A stretch of 48,612 nt of DNA from Candidatus Omnitrophota bacterium (GCA_043823435.1 JBDRAV010000015.1:1-48612), one strand, 5' to 3'. Positions 20,314-29,622 are shown, numbered from the stretch's first letter. The notes: generated by a model not told the origin, from the sequence alone. Numbers and translations are program-made.

Positions 20314-20760
20314 TTAATGTAACCAGAAGGCAACTACTACGCCTAATAAGGCCCCTGCAAATACCTCTACAGGTGTGTGTCCGATAAATTCAAGCAGCCG
20401 GCCTTCAGAGGTCCTGCCCTTCCAATAAATATCCTCCATCATATTATTTAATATACGGGCCTGCTTTCCCGTAGACCTGCGCACGCCCTGCGCGTCAAAC
20501 ATCACCACTATGGCAAAGGAAGCGGCCAGGGCAAAATAAGCACTATCAAAGCCGTATTCAAGGCCAAGTATGGTGGCTAAAGACGCGGCCCCTGCGGCGT
20601 GACTGGACGGCATACCGCCTGTACCTATTAGCCAGCGGAAATCGAACCTCCTCTGACGGATTACGCCTATGATTACCTTTATGGTCTGGGCGATTATCCA
20701 TCCATAAATGGTAACTATAAAGACCTTATTCTTACTTACCTCGATGAACATTTCACTCAT
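20314..20760 (-). CDS. Divergent PAP2-family protein (DUF212)
   Basis: GGMPSSH, VMFDAQGVR and GHTPVEV motifs. Confidence 0.9.
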   Translation of the reverse strand: MSEMFIEVSKNKVFIVTIYGWIIAQTIKVIIGVIRQRRFDFRWLIGTGGMPSSHAAGAASLATILGLEYGFDSAYFALAASFAIVVMFDAQGVRRSTGKQARILNNMMEDIYWKGRTSEGRLLEFIGHTPVEVFAGALLGVVVAFWLH

Positions 20761-21377
20761 TATTTGCTATGGTAGGTGGGCATTACTTCTATTTTAATCT
20801 TGGCGCCGGTAAAAGTAGATTCTCCGTCTCTCACTAAATAGCCCCTGTTTCCTGCGATGGCCCTTTTGCTTTCGGTTATCTTATTAATTATTGACTTTGC
20901 CTTCTGCGTCCTGATTTTTACTTCCCTGATTGTTTCCTTAAGTTCCGAGAGAGAACTTAAACGCGCCTTGAGGCCGTCTCTTTCCTGAGAGACCCAGTTT
21001 AATTTAAGAATAATTTTACCTTTTTCTTCTCTGAGCGCGGCATTTTCGGTCTTAGCAAGCGCAATCTGCTCTATTATCTGCTCAATGGTCTTCTGTGAAT
21101 TCTGGAGGTTTATCTGAAGCTGCGTAAGTTTTTCTGTATCAGCCATTAGTTCATCTTTTAGCGCCGAATTTTCCTTTGCCAGTGCGTTCTGCAATTCCTT
21201 TTCTTTCTGGACCCTTTCTTCTAAAGCCAGGACCTGCTCTCCTGCCTGATTTAACTCATTCAACAAAACATATTTTTCTCTCGCCATCAAAAGGTATTTA
21301 AAAAGGCTGAAAATAGTTATACCGAGCAGAAAGACAACCAGTACAATCTTATAGCTTTTTAAGCGTTTTGGGTCCAT
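20760..21377 (-). CDS. Membrane-anchored coiled-coil hypothetical protein
   Basis: N-terminal TM, long heptad region, C-terminal GNRGYLVRDG. Confidence 0.7.
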   Translation of the reverse strand: MDPKRLKSYKIVLVVFLLGITIFSLFKYLLMAREKYVLLNELNQAGEQVLALEERVQKEKELQNALAKENSALKDELMADTEKLTQLQINLQNSQKTIEQIIEQIALAKTENAALREEKGKIILKLNWVSQERDGLKARLSSLSELKETIREVKIRTQKAKSIINKITESKRAIAGNRGYLVRDGESTFTGAKIKIEVMPTYHSK

Positions 21378-21490
21378 AGAATTTTTATTATATAATAAGC
21401 ACCCTGAAAAGCAAGCCTTTTTTAGGCGTAAATTCTCTGTTAGAAAGCTTATTGTCTTGCGTCTATTATGGCAGAAAGGAAATTATTAAA

Positions 21491-23071
21491 ATGCTATCCA
21501 GAATATTCAGTTTCGGGCTATGGGGCATGGAAGCGTATCCTGTTGAGATCGAAATAGATATCTCAAGAGGCTTGCCGGCTGTAACTTTAGTCGGCCTTGC
21601 GGATACGGCGATAAGAGAAAGCAAAGACAGGGTTAAGTCTGCCATCAAGAATTCTGGCTTTACTTGGCCTGCGGAAAGGATTACGGTGAGCCTAGCGCCT
21701 TCTGATATAAAGAAAGAAGGCGCGTCTTTCGACCTGGCGATTGCATTGGGGATACTCGCCGCAAGCCAACAGCTAAATGGCGAGAGATTGAATAATTATT
21801 GCATTCTGGGCGAATTGTCACTGGATGGATCGCTCAGGCCTTCTAAGGGTATATTACCCATAGCCATAGCAATGGCTAACTCCCTGTATGGCAGAAGGAT
21901 AGATAAAATTAAAGATATGATTGTATCTTACCAAAATGCCAGAGAAGCGGCTATAGTTTCAGATATACGCGTTTGGCCGAAGAAGACACTAAAAGAAACA
22001 GTGGAATTCTTGAATAATCCCGATACCTCCAGACCCATGAGAGTAAACTTAGGCGAGTTATTCAATGAGAGGATTGAATACGGAGTAGACTTCTCTGAGG
22101 TCAAAGGGCAATACCTGGCCAAAAGGGCTTTAGAAGTGGGTGTGGCCGGAGGTCACAATATCCTGATGATCGGCCCGCCGGGTAGCGGGAAAACCATGCT
22201 TGCCAAAAGAATTCCTACTATTCTACCCGACTTAACTATTAATGAGGCATTAGAGGTAACTAAGATACATTCCGTAACGGGGATTTTACCATCTAAAGAA
22301 GGCATAATAAGCAGGCGCCCATTCCGCTCACCCCATCACACCAGCTCAAGCATAGCACTGATAGGAGGAGGGTCTATACCCAGGCCCGGAGAAATCAGCC
22401 TGGCGCATCAGGGGGTATTGTTTCTGGATGAGCTTCCGGAATTCCATCGCGATTGCCTGGAGGCACTCAGGCAGCCCCTGGAAGACGGGTCTGTACGCGT
22501 CTTGCGGGTGGCAAAATCTTTTACTTTCCCCGCAGCATTTATGCTGGTCTGCGCAATGAATCCCTGCCCCTGCGGAACGCTGGGACAACTGAAAAGCCCC
22601 TGCCGGTGTAACACCACTCAGATTGCAAGGTATCACGCGAAACTCTCTGGGCCGCTGTTAGATAGGATAGATATACACATTGAAGTGCCGGCTGCAAGGT
22701 ATCAAGAACTATCCAGCAACCTGCCTGCTGAGGCTTCTGTTCAAATTAGAGAGAGGATAAATAAAGCTAGAGTTATTCAACGAGAGAGATTTTCCGCCGC
22801 AGGCGGATCCGCCTTCGGCGGAAAAAATGAAGGCATTATGTTTAACGCGCAGATGAGCCATAAACAGGTTCGTAAGTTTTGCCCCCTGGGTAAAGAAGAA
22901 AACGAATTGCTTAAAATGGCTATGACTGAATTAAATTTTATCGCAAGGGCTTATGATAAGATATTGAAGGTGTCAAGGACGATTGCGGATTTGTCAGGGA
23001 ATGAAGAAATTAATACTGAGCATCTTTCAGAAGCAATACAGTATAGGAGCTTGGATAGGCAGTGGTGGTAA
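21491..23071 (+). CDS. comM: YifB/ComM Mg-chelatase-like AAA+ ATPase
   Basis: LVGLADTAIRES, GPPGSGKT, RPFRSPHHT, GEISLAHQGVLFLDE and SGPLLDRID motifs. Start MLSRIF. Confidence 0.93.
   Translation: MLSRIFSFGLWGMEAYPVEIEIDISRGLPAVTLVGLADTAIRESKDRVKSAIKNSGFTWPAERITVSLAPSDIKKEGASFDLAIALGILAASQQLNGERLNNYCILGELSLDGSLRPSKGILPIAIAMANSLYGRRIDKIKDMIVSYQNAREAAIVSDIRVWPKKTLKETVEFLNNPDTSRPMRVNLGELFNERIEYGVDFSEVKGQYLAKRALEVGVAGGHNILMIGPPGSGKTMLAKRIPTILPDLTINEALEVTKIHSVTGILPSKEGIISRRPFRSPHHTSSSIALIGGGSIPRPGEISLAHQGVLFLDELPEFHRDCLEALRQPLEDGSVRVLRVAKSFTFPAAFMLVCAMNPCPCGTLGQLKSPCRCNTTQIARYHAKLSGPLLDRIDIHIEVPAARYQELSSNLPAEASVQIRERINKARVIQRERFSAAGGSAFGGKNEGIMFNAQMSHKQVRKFCPLGKEENELLKMAMTELNFIARAYDKILKVSRTIADLSGNEEINTEHLSEAIQYRSLDRQWW
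22793..22822. repeat. 30-bp in-frame double-palindrome insertion in yifB
   Basis: TCCGCCGCAGGCGGA+TCCGCCTTCGGCGGA, encoding SAAGGSAFGG between QRERF and KNEGI. Confidence 0.8.
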
Positions 23072-23072
23072 A

Positions 23073-24698
23073 CTATTTATGGAATACTTCTTTTAGGATT
23101 ACATTTGCGATATTCTCGGCCAAAAGCCAGTTGCCCTCCTCTGTGCAATGTCCGAAATCGCCGCCAAATATATCTATAAAATATGTACTGAAGCCGTCTG
23201 TCTTAATAGCATCTTTGAATATCTGCTCATTGTCTACGAAAACAATACCTTCTTGCTGGCCTTCAAATATCCTCTTCAAAGGCTCTACACTACGCATGGG
23301 ATATTGCACACAGACCAATCCTATCTTCTTTTTATCTAAGATTTCTTTAAACCTACGGTAGTTGTTAACTGTAACAGGGTTATAATATCCTAATCTCAAT
23401 CTATTCACCTTGTTAGCGTATTCTTTTGTCAGTTCTGATTTACCTATTTCTTCGTATAATACCGAGATTGCTCCATACGCATTGCCGTCTTCAGGCTTCA
23501 GTTCTATGGCTTTTTGGAATGACTCTATGGCCTGGGGGTATTTGCCTTTAGACTGATAAACAAACCCTAATCCATAGTATGCAGTACCGTCTTCAGGGTT
23601 CAGCTCTATGGCTTTTTGGAATGACTCTATGGCCTGGGGGTATTTGCCTTGAACTCGATAAAACCACCCTTGATCTCGATAAGTCCGCCCTAATTCACGG
23701 TATGCATCGCCGTCTTTAGGGTTCAGCTCTATGGCTTTTTGGAATGACTCTATGGCCTGGGGGTATTTGCCTTGAACTAGATAAAGCCACCCTAATTGAA
23801 GACATGCACGGCCCCCTTCAGGGTTCAGCTCTATGGCTTTTTGGAATGACTCTTCGGCCTGGGGGTATTTGCCTTGATCTCGATAAAACCACCCTAATTC
23901 AAGGTATGCATCGCCGTCTTTAGGGTTCAGCTCTATGGCTTTTTGGAATGACTCTTCGGCCTGGGGGTATTTGCCTTGAACTAGATAAAGCCACCCTTGA
24001 TCTCGATAAGTCCGCCCTAATTCACGGTATGCATCGCCGTCTTTAGGGTTCAGCTCTATGGCTTTTTGGAATGACTCTACATCTAAAACAGGCTCAGAAT
24101 AAGCTTCTTTTAACCCGACTCCTGGAGGATAAGTCTGGATTTTCTTGGAGCCTTGCCTGTCTTTGTCAGGTTTATAAAGTCCTGTTTCCTTGGCTTTAGT
24201 TAAGATATGCAACCAAAGAAGCCTTGATAGTTTATAAATTCTGAAGGATTTAAAGAAAAGCCAGATATTTGAAGTAGTGTCTATTTCATAAGGGAGATGT
24301 CCTCCTCTATCATTTATCCCCATCATCGTAACTACCATATCAGGGTGATAGTTATTGATATTAGATTCAAGTTGCCCTAAAAGTTGCGATGTATTAGCTG
24401 CGATGCTCCCCCTGTTTATTACATTAAATTTTATACCGATGTTACGCTGGTTTAATATCTCTTCAAGAAAAGCAGGGTATTCTCCTGCAGTGGTAGACTC
24501 ACCTATACAAAGGATTCTGTAGGTGCCTTTTTGTTTTATGGTTTGACAGTTCCAGTATTCTTGTAGAGATAACAGGGCAAGCCCGCCCAGGCGTAAAGCT
24601 ATTTCTAAAATTATAAGAAATAAAAATAGTCCGAATATAACCAAAGTTATTTTTGTTTTAAGGGCTGTTTTTGGTTTGGCTGGATTATTCTTTTGCAT
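23073..24698 (-). CDS. Membrane-anchored SGNH-like hydrolase/acyltransferase split by a TPR array (paralog 1)
   Basis: TM; CIGESTT, INRG and GIND blocks; about 6 TPRs; C-terminal DFGHCT (DxxH). Confidence 0.75.
   Translation of the reverse strand: MQKNNPAKPKTALKTKITLVIFGLFLFLIILEIALRLGGLALLSLQEYWNCQTIKQKGTYRILCIGESTTAGEYPAFLEEILNQRNIGIKFNVINRGSIAANTSQLLGQLESNINNYHPDMVVTMMGINDRGGHLPYEIDTTSNIWLFFKSFRIYKLSRLLWLHILTKAKETGLYKPDKDRQGSKKIQTYPPGVGLKEAYSEPVLDVESFQKAIELNPKDGDAYRELGRTYRDQGWLYLVQGKYPQAEESFQKAIELNPKDGDAYLELGWFYRDQGKYPQAEESFQKAIELNPEGGRACLQLGWLYLVQGKYPQAIESFQKAIELNPKDGDAYRELGRTYRDQGWFYRVQGKYPQAIESFQKAIELNPEDGTAYYGLGFVYQSKGKYPQAIESFQKAIELKPEDGNAYGAISVLYEEIGKSELTKEYANKVNRLRLGYYNPVTVNNYRRFKEILDKKKIGLVCVQYPMRSVEPLKRIFEGQQEGIVFVDNEQIFKDAIKTDGFSTYFIDIFGGDFGHCTEEGNWLLAENIANVILKEVFHK
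23480..24080. repeat. Near-identical intragenic tandem repeats encoding TPRs
   Basis: TTCAG(C/T)TCTATGGCTTTTTGGAATGACTC at 23497, 23599, 23722, 23824, 23926 and 24049 (periods 102, 123, 102, 102, 123). Confidence 0.9.
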
Positions 24699-24786
24699 AA
24701 CGCTTTAATTATACCACTTCCATTTAAAATGGTATGGATTTAAGGCAGGGTGTCTACTAATTCCCACTCAAATGTTGTATTGCGTT

Positions 24787-24885
24787 CACAGCATCCTGAT
24801 GATCGGGCCTGCCGGTAGCGGCAAGAGTATGCTGGCTAAAAGAATGCCCACACTTTACGCAATCCAATATGGTTATGGAAAGTAG
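24787..24885 (+). pseudogene. Internally deleted yifB/comM 3'-half remnant
   Basis: Translates HSILMIGPAGSGKSMLAKRMPTL-YAIQYGYGK*. The first 23 aa are 18/23 identical to YifB HNILMIGPPGSGKTMLAKRIPTI, and AIQY matches the YifB C-terminus. Confidence 0.8.
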
Positions 24886-24891
24886 CAATAT

Positions 24892-26385
24892 CTATTTGCC
24901 AAATACTTCTTTTAATATAACGTTTGCAATATTCTCGGCTAAAAGCCTGTTCCCCTTCTCTGTGCAATGCCCGAAATCGCCGCCAATCATATCACGAAAG
25001 TATTCTTCGTAACTTCCCTTCGCCATAGCCTCCTTAAATATTCTCTCGTTATCAACGAATATTATTCCCGCTTGATTTTGAAATATTACTTTCAGGGGCT
25101 CAATGGAGCGTACGGGATATTGCATGCACACAAACCTAACTTTACGTCTATCTAATATTTCTATAAACCTTAAGTAATTATTCCGGGTAACAGGATTATA
25201 ATTTTCAAAACGTAACTGTTTAACTTTGTCATAATACCTCTGCACGTCTTTTCTGTCATTCGTTATCATGTTTAAACTCGCTAGCGCACCATAATACCGA
25301 TCCGTATTATCCGGGTCTATTTTTATGGCTTTATTTAATACCTCTACGGCCTCAGCAAATTTATTTTGCTTCTGATAGCAATGTGCCAATTCGATATATG
25401 CCCAGCAGAACCCGGGGTTTAGCGCTATAGCGTTGCGAAGAACTTCTTCTAATCGTAATAAGTCACCGCGTATTTTATACACATATAAACCTAATTCAAA
25501 ATATGTTGTTGCATTTTTAGGATCGGATTCTATTGCTTTTTTAAACATTTCCTCTGCCAGATCCATTTTATTGTACCGGGTATAAATGAACCCCAGATTA
25601 GAATAATACCAGGGGTTACCCGGATTTAACTCCAAGGCTCTCTTAAACAGCCTTTCGGCTTCGGAAAATTTATAGCGGGTTATATAAAATTGGCCTAATG
25701 CATCATAGGCGTGGTCGTCAGATGGATTCATAACTATCGCATCTTTTAAGGCATCTGCTTCTGTATTGTCATATTGAGCCTGCACATTTTTTTCAGATGG
25801 AACGGACGTATTGCTGAAAGGGCGGGCAATTGGGGAGGGGGCGTCGTTACTATTTTTATTGCGTATTCTTAATTCATGCATTTTGTTAGTGGCGTGCGCC
25901 CAGAGAAGACATATCAACTTATATACCTTTAAAGAATTAAAAAACTTCTTATTATTTGAATTCCCGATAGACGCATAGGGAATGTGTTTACCTGCGTCAT
26001 TGAGCCCTATCATTGCAATAACCATGTCGGGTTGATAAGAGTCAATGTTGCTTTCCAGTTTTTCCAGGATCGCAGAGGTATTAATTCCTGGCACTCCTTT
26101 ATTAATGACTGAAAAACGTATGCCTGCATTTCTTTGATTTAATATTTTTTCTAGCAATACGGGGTAGATATTAGCCGTCGTAGACTCACCTATACACACG
26201 ATCCTATAGGTTCCCTTTTGTTTGAGCGAAGACAAATTTCTGTATTCCTGCATGGATAGGAATATAAATCCGCCTAGGCGCAATGTTACTTCAAGCATGA
26301 TAACTAATAAAACTAATCCGAATAATATAAGAATTATTTTCTGACGTAGATTCGCTTGTATTTGAACGCGGTTATCTATACGCAT
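24892..26385 (-). CDS. SGNH-like/TPR membrane protein (paralog 2)
   Basis: Same architecture as 23073-24698 (CIGESTT, INKG, GLND, diverged TPRs, DFGHCT). Confidence 0.75.
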   Translation of the reverse strand: MRIDNRVQIQANLRQKIILILFGLVLLVIMLEVTLRLGGFIFLSMQEYRNLSSLKQKGTYRIVCIGESTTANIYPVLLEKILNQRNAGIRFSVINKGVPGINTSAILEKLESNIDSYQPDMVIAMIGLNDAGKHIPYASIGNSNNKKFFNSLKVYKLICLLWAHATNKMHELRIRNKNSNDAPSPIARPFSNTSVPSEKNVQAQYDNTEADALKDAIVMNPSDDHAYDALGQFYITRYKFSEAERLFKRALELNPGNPWYYSNLGFIYTRYNKMDLAEEMFKKAIESDPKNATTYFELGLYVYKIRGDLLRLEEVLRNAIALNPGFCWAYIELAHCYQKQNKFAEAVEVLNKAIKIDPDNTDRYYGALASLNMITNDRKDVQRYYDKVKQLRFENYNPVTRNNYLRFIEILDRRKVRFVCMQYPVRSIEPLKVIFQNQAGIIFVDNERIFKEAMAKGSYEEYFRDMIGGDFGHCTEKGNRLLAENIANVILKEVFGK

Positions 26386-26473
26386 TGGCCTAGTTTTTTA
26401 CAGCACAGTGTCCTGGATAAACATATATGAACCCTCCTACTCATTTTTTATTACTTGGCCGGAAGGGGCAATC

Positions 26474-26704
26474 TCAGTAAGCTTCTTGGTCTCTGCCCCG
26501 GAAACCTTCGTAATTGATGCGTATGAAATCGCGCCAGCTATTCGGGATAAACTCAAATTTAAGAACCGGATCCTTACTAAATCGGTATATAGAACTTTCC
26601 TTTTTTACCATAATTCTCAATGCCGCCTCGCTTGTCAATAAACCGAAAACAACACCGGTAAATATATACAACCATACATAAGAAAATGCGGTCCTCTTTT
26701 TCAA
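26474..26704 (-). pseudogene. Truncated N-terminus of an SGNH-family membrane protein
   Basis: EAALR...IYRFSKDPVLKFEFIPN...INYEGFRG resembles the N-terminus of 31908-32897 (EIILR...IYRRSLDPYLRYELVPG...INSDGFRG) but stops before the GDS block. Confidence 0.6.
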
Positions 26705-26706
26705 TT

Positions 26707-28740
26707 TTATCGATACGGATAATGCCCCTTTTGTTGTTCTCGCAACGATTCCAGAAACTCCGGGTCTACCCGATTCCCTAGCTTGATTACCTCATCGCAG
26801 TGCTCAACCGCTAAGTCGTATTCTCCCTTTTGATAATAGAATACCGCCAAATTGAAGTGCGCTGTTGAAAACCCCGGATCAAGTTGCACTGCTTTCTCCC
26901 ATAGCCCTATCGCCTTATCGATCTCTCCGGTATCCGCATACACCGATGCCAAATTATTAAATGCCTCGACATACCCCGGGGCAATACGAATTGCTTTTTC
27001 ATAAGCCTCTATAGCATCATCCTTTCTGCCGCTCCTGTCATAAGCATCGCCGAGATTATAATATGCCTGCGGCATATCAGGATTAAAATGTATCGCCTTC
27101 CTGCACGAATCTATCGCCTCATGGTTATTACCGATAATTATATATGCGTTACAGAGACTGTTGTGCGCATCAGGGTAATAAGGATTAAGCCCTATCGCCT
27201 TTTTATATTCCTCGATAGCCTCCCTGATTCGTCCCAAGTTAAGATATATATTGCCCAGTTTATAATAGCTAAGCGGCATGCGCGCAAACTGGGGTTTAAG
27301 CGCCATGGCTTTATACAAAGCGATGGCTTCTTCGGGCCTGCCGGTGTTCGCGTAGGCCGTAGCGAGATTATTGTAGGCTTCTGCGTAATCCGGCTTTACT
27401 TCTATGGCCTTTTTATACAAGACCACTGCTTCTTCGGGCCTGCCGGTGTTCGCGTAGGCCGTACCGAGATTATTGTAGGCTATCCAGGCCCCCGGATTCT
27501 TTTCGATTAATCCGCGCCAAAGCGTAAAATTATTCTTGTAATTCCCGGTCAGGGCCATACTTTCTGTAACCATATAAATCGTTATAAGCATAAATAACCC
27601 GGCAATGATGAATCTATTGGGAAGCGCTCTAAAAAAAGGAATTTTTTTGCTTAACTTATCGTACAGGAAACCTATGGTTGCGCAAAGCAATAACAGAAGA
27701 GCCGGAGTGGAAAGATAACTGAAGTGGTCTGCGACAAAAGAGAATACCATCCCGTACACGTTCAAGAAGCCCATCACCGGGAAGATGGAGATTATGTAAA
27801 AAAGGAAAAGCGCTAACGCGCCACGGCCGACCCTCTTTCTGTAACGCGTAAGTCCGGCTAAAACTAAGATAGCAGCAAAGGGAAACAACCATTGCCACCA
27901 CATCCCGGCATCCACTGCCCAGCGCGGATAGAAAAATATAAAGTTAAAAGGAAAAAGGGTTTTGTGAATATAAAAAAATATTACCCTGCCTGACAGGAGA
28001 AAACGCTCCATAAAGGTTAAGCCAAACCCCTTTCCTTGCGCCCCGACATTATAAAATTCTAAATAAAGAGTGTACAGCGCGCTGATGAGGCCTATGGCCG
28101 CAAAAACAGCCCAGGATTTGATTTCCCGTAGCGTAACTTTTCCGTCATGCCACCATTTATATAAGGCAGGAAAGGATATAAAACATACGGCAATGGATTT
28201 ACTTAACAAAGCGCATATAAACATTATAACCGTCAGCAGGTAATCCCTGATTCTCTGCGTGCGGTCAAAGCGCAGATATGACAATACCGCCAGCAGAAAG
28301 AAAAAAAGGCTCAGAAGGTTTTTCCGTTCGGTAATCCAGGCCACGGTCTCTACCTGGATTGGGTGGATGGTAAATAATAAAGCCACCGGCAAGGCAAGGC
28401 GGGCATATAATTTGCGCACTACCCAAAAGACCAAAAGCGCATTTAAAATATGCAAAAGCAAATTCACAACATGGTACCCGAAAGGATCCACCCCCCATAA
28501 TTTATGCTCGATCCAGAAAGTCGTGAAATCAACGGGGTAATATTGGTACATTCTTCCGGTAAGCCAGATGACCCGTAACCCGTCTGCCTTCTGGAACCAT
28601 GGGCTTTTATATATATTGACGTCGTCGTCCCAGATGAAACCATTCTGCAGGGAAGGGATATAAATTACAAGACAGAGGAATACGATCAGAATGAGCTGAC
28701 AGAATATTTTATATTGCGGATATTTAAGGTTGTAATTCAT
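26707..28740 (-). CDS. TMTC-like GT-C glycosyltransferase with C-terminal TPRs
   Basis: FIWDD, GYHVVNLLLH, HPIQVETVAWITERK, LLSK and ADHFSYL motifs; about 8 TPRs, two of them near-identical at DNA level (102-bp period near 27327/27429). Confidence 0.82.
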   Translation of the reverse strand: MNYNLKYPQYKIFCQLILIVFLCLVIYIPSLQNGFIWDDDVNIYKSPWFQKADGLRVIWLTGRMYQYYPVDFTTFWIEHKLWGVDPFGYHVVNLLLHILNALLVFWVVRKLYARLALPVALLFTIHPIQVETVAWITERKNLLSLFFFLLAVLSYLRFDRTQRIRDYLLTVIMFICALLSKSIAVCFISFPALYKWWHDGKVTLREIKSWAVFAAIGLISALYTLYLEFYNVGAQGKGFGLTFMERFLLSGRVIFFYIHKTLFPFNFIFFYPRWAVDAGMWWQWLFPFAAILVLAGLTRYRKRVGRGALALFLFYIISIFPVMGFLNVYGMVFSFVADHFSYLSTPALLLLLCATIGFLYDKLSKKIPFFRALPNRFIIAGLFMLITIYMVTESMALTGNYKNNFTLWRGLIEKNPGAWIAYNNLGTAYANTGRPEEAVVLYKKAIEVKPDYAEAYNNLATAYANTGRPEEAIALYKAMALKPQFARMPLSYYKLGNIYLNLGRIREAIEEYKKAIGLNPYYPDAHNSLCNAYIIIGNNHEAIDSCRKAIHFNPDMPQAYYNLGDAYDRSGRKDDAIEAYEKAIRIAPGYVEAFNNLASVYADTGEIDKAIGLWEKAVQLDPGFSTAHFNLAVFYYQKGEYDLAVEHCDEVIKLGNRVDPEFLESLREQQKGHYPYR

Positions 28741-28915
28741 ATTCCCGCGTGCCTTAAGAAGATTTAAGAATTCAGGGCGTACTTTATAACCGCACTCAAT
28801 TACCTAATCGCAATGCATGATAGCTGAATCGCATTATCCCGCATAATAGTATACCGCCGAAATATTCGCATGAACCGAAGTCGAACCCGGGTTGATTTCC
28901 AGGGTTCTTTTGCAT
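28741..28915 (-). pseudogene. C-terminal remnant of a TMTC/TPR paralog
   Basis: Manual translation CKRTLEINPGSTSVHANISAVYYYAG*CDSAIMHCD*VIECGYKVRPEFLNLLK aligns with the end of 26707-28740 (...AVEHCDEVIKLGNRVDPEFLESLR); two in-frame stops. Confidence 0.7.
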
Positions 28916-28941
28916 CAGAAGAATGGATATAAACGGGAGTG

Positions 28942-29622
28942 TTACCTAGGGAAAATCCTGCTGATTGCTTCCTGCTTGGCATAACATATCAGCTCATCGC
29001 CTGTCACAACCACTACGTCCCCGTGCGGGGCTCCGATAAACTCTATTTTTTTACCGGACTTCCGGTAGATGGCAAGAATAAGGATCTCATTCGATTGCGA
29101 TTTCAAGTCTTTTATCGGCCTTCCGCTTAAAAGGTTGTTTTCCCTAACGGTAATCTTCGCTATGGCATACCCCTCGCCCAAACCGAATAATTGTTCGTAA
29201 TCATAGATGCGCAATGTCGTAAACTTCTCAAGGGCCCTGGTTATAATGGCCTTCATCATATTATAAATATGCCTTGAGCGGGCGATGAAGAATATGCCCA
29301 AAAGGCCTAATAACAGAACCTCTCCCCTTACAAGGGCATGCTTTCCTGTCTGCCCGACAAATGCTAGGACCAACGTTGCAATGGCGGTCGTCACCCCGGC
29401 GCTTCCCAGAAGAATAAGGATCCTGATGATGCGCCTGCGCACAGGATGTGTAACTATCGCCTCTGACTCTACGGTAGTATAACCCACCCCGGAGAATGCC
29501 GATTGTGCCTGAAAAGAGGCTATTTCCGGAGATAGCCCCGTAAGCTCAAGGGCAATAGCACCTATCCTTACTACGATAATAGAAAGAGCTATGATTATCA
29601 ATAAACTGAACAATGCAACCAT
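28942..29622 (-). CDS. Membrane protein with C-terminal TrkA-C (RCK-C) domain
   Basis: ALELTGLS..IASFQAQSAFSGVGYTT.ESE...HPVRRRII motif. Start MVALFS after an AGGAG SD. Confidence 0.8.
   Translation of the reverse strand: MVALFSLLIIIALSIIVVRIGAIALELTGLSPEIASFQAQSAFSGVGYTTVESEAIVTHPVRRRIIRILILLGSAGVTTAIATLVLAFVGQTGKHALVRGEVLLLGLLGIFFIARSRHIYNMMKAIITRALEKFTTLRIYDYEQLFGLGEGYAIAKITVRENNLLSGRPIKDLKSQSNEILILAIYRKSGKKIEFIGAPHGDVVVVTGDELICYAKQEAISRIFPR

Noticed and set aside
23480-24080. Regularly spaced ~29-bp repeats resembling a CRISPR array
   Set aside because: Periods of 102/123 bp are multiples of 3, the intervening sequences are homologous, the whole array encodes TPRs, and no cas genes are present.
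23073-28740. Diversity-generating retroelement or prophage as the source of TPR variation
   Set aside because: No reverse transcriptase, template repeat or phage genes in the window, and the differences between units are not adenine-specific.
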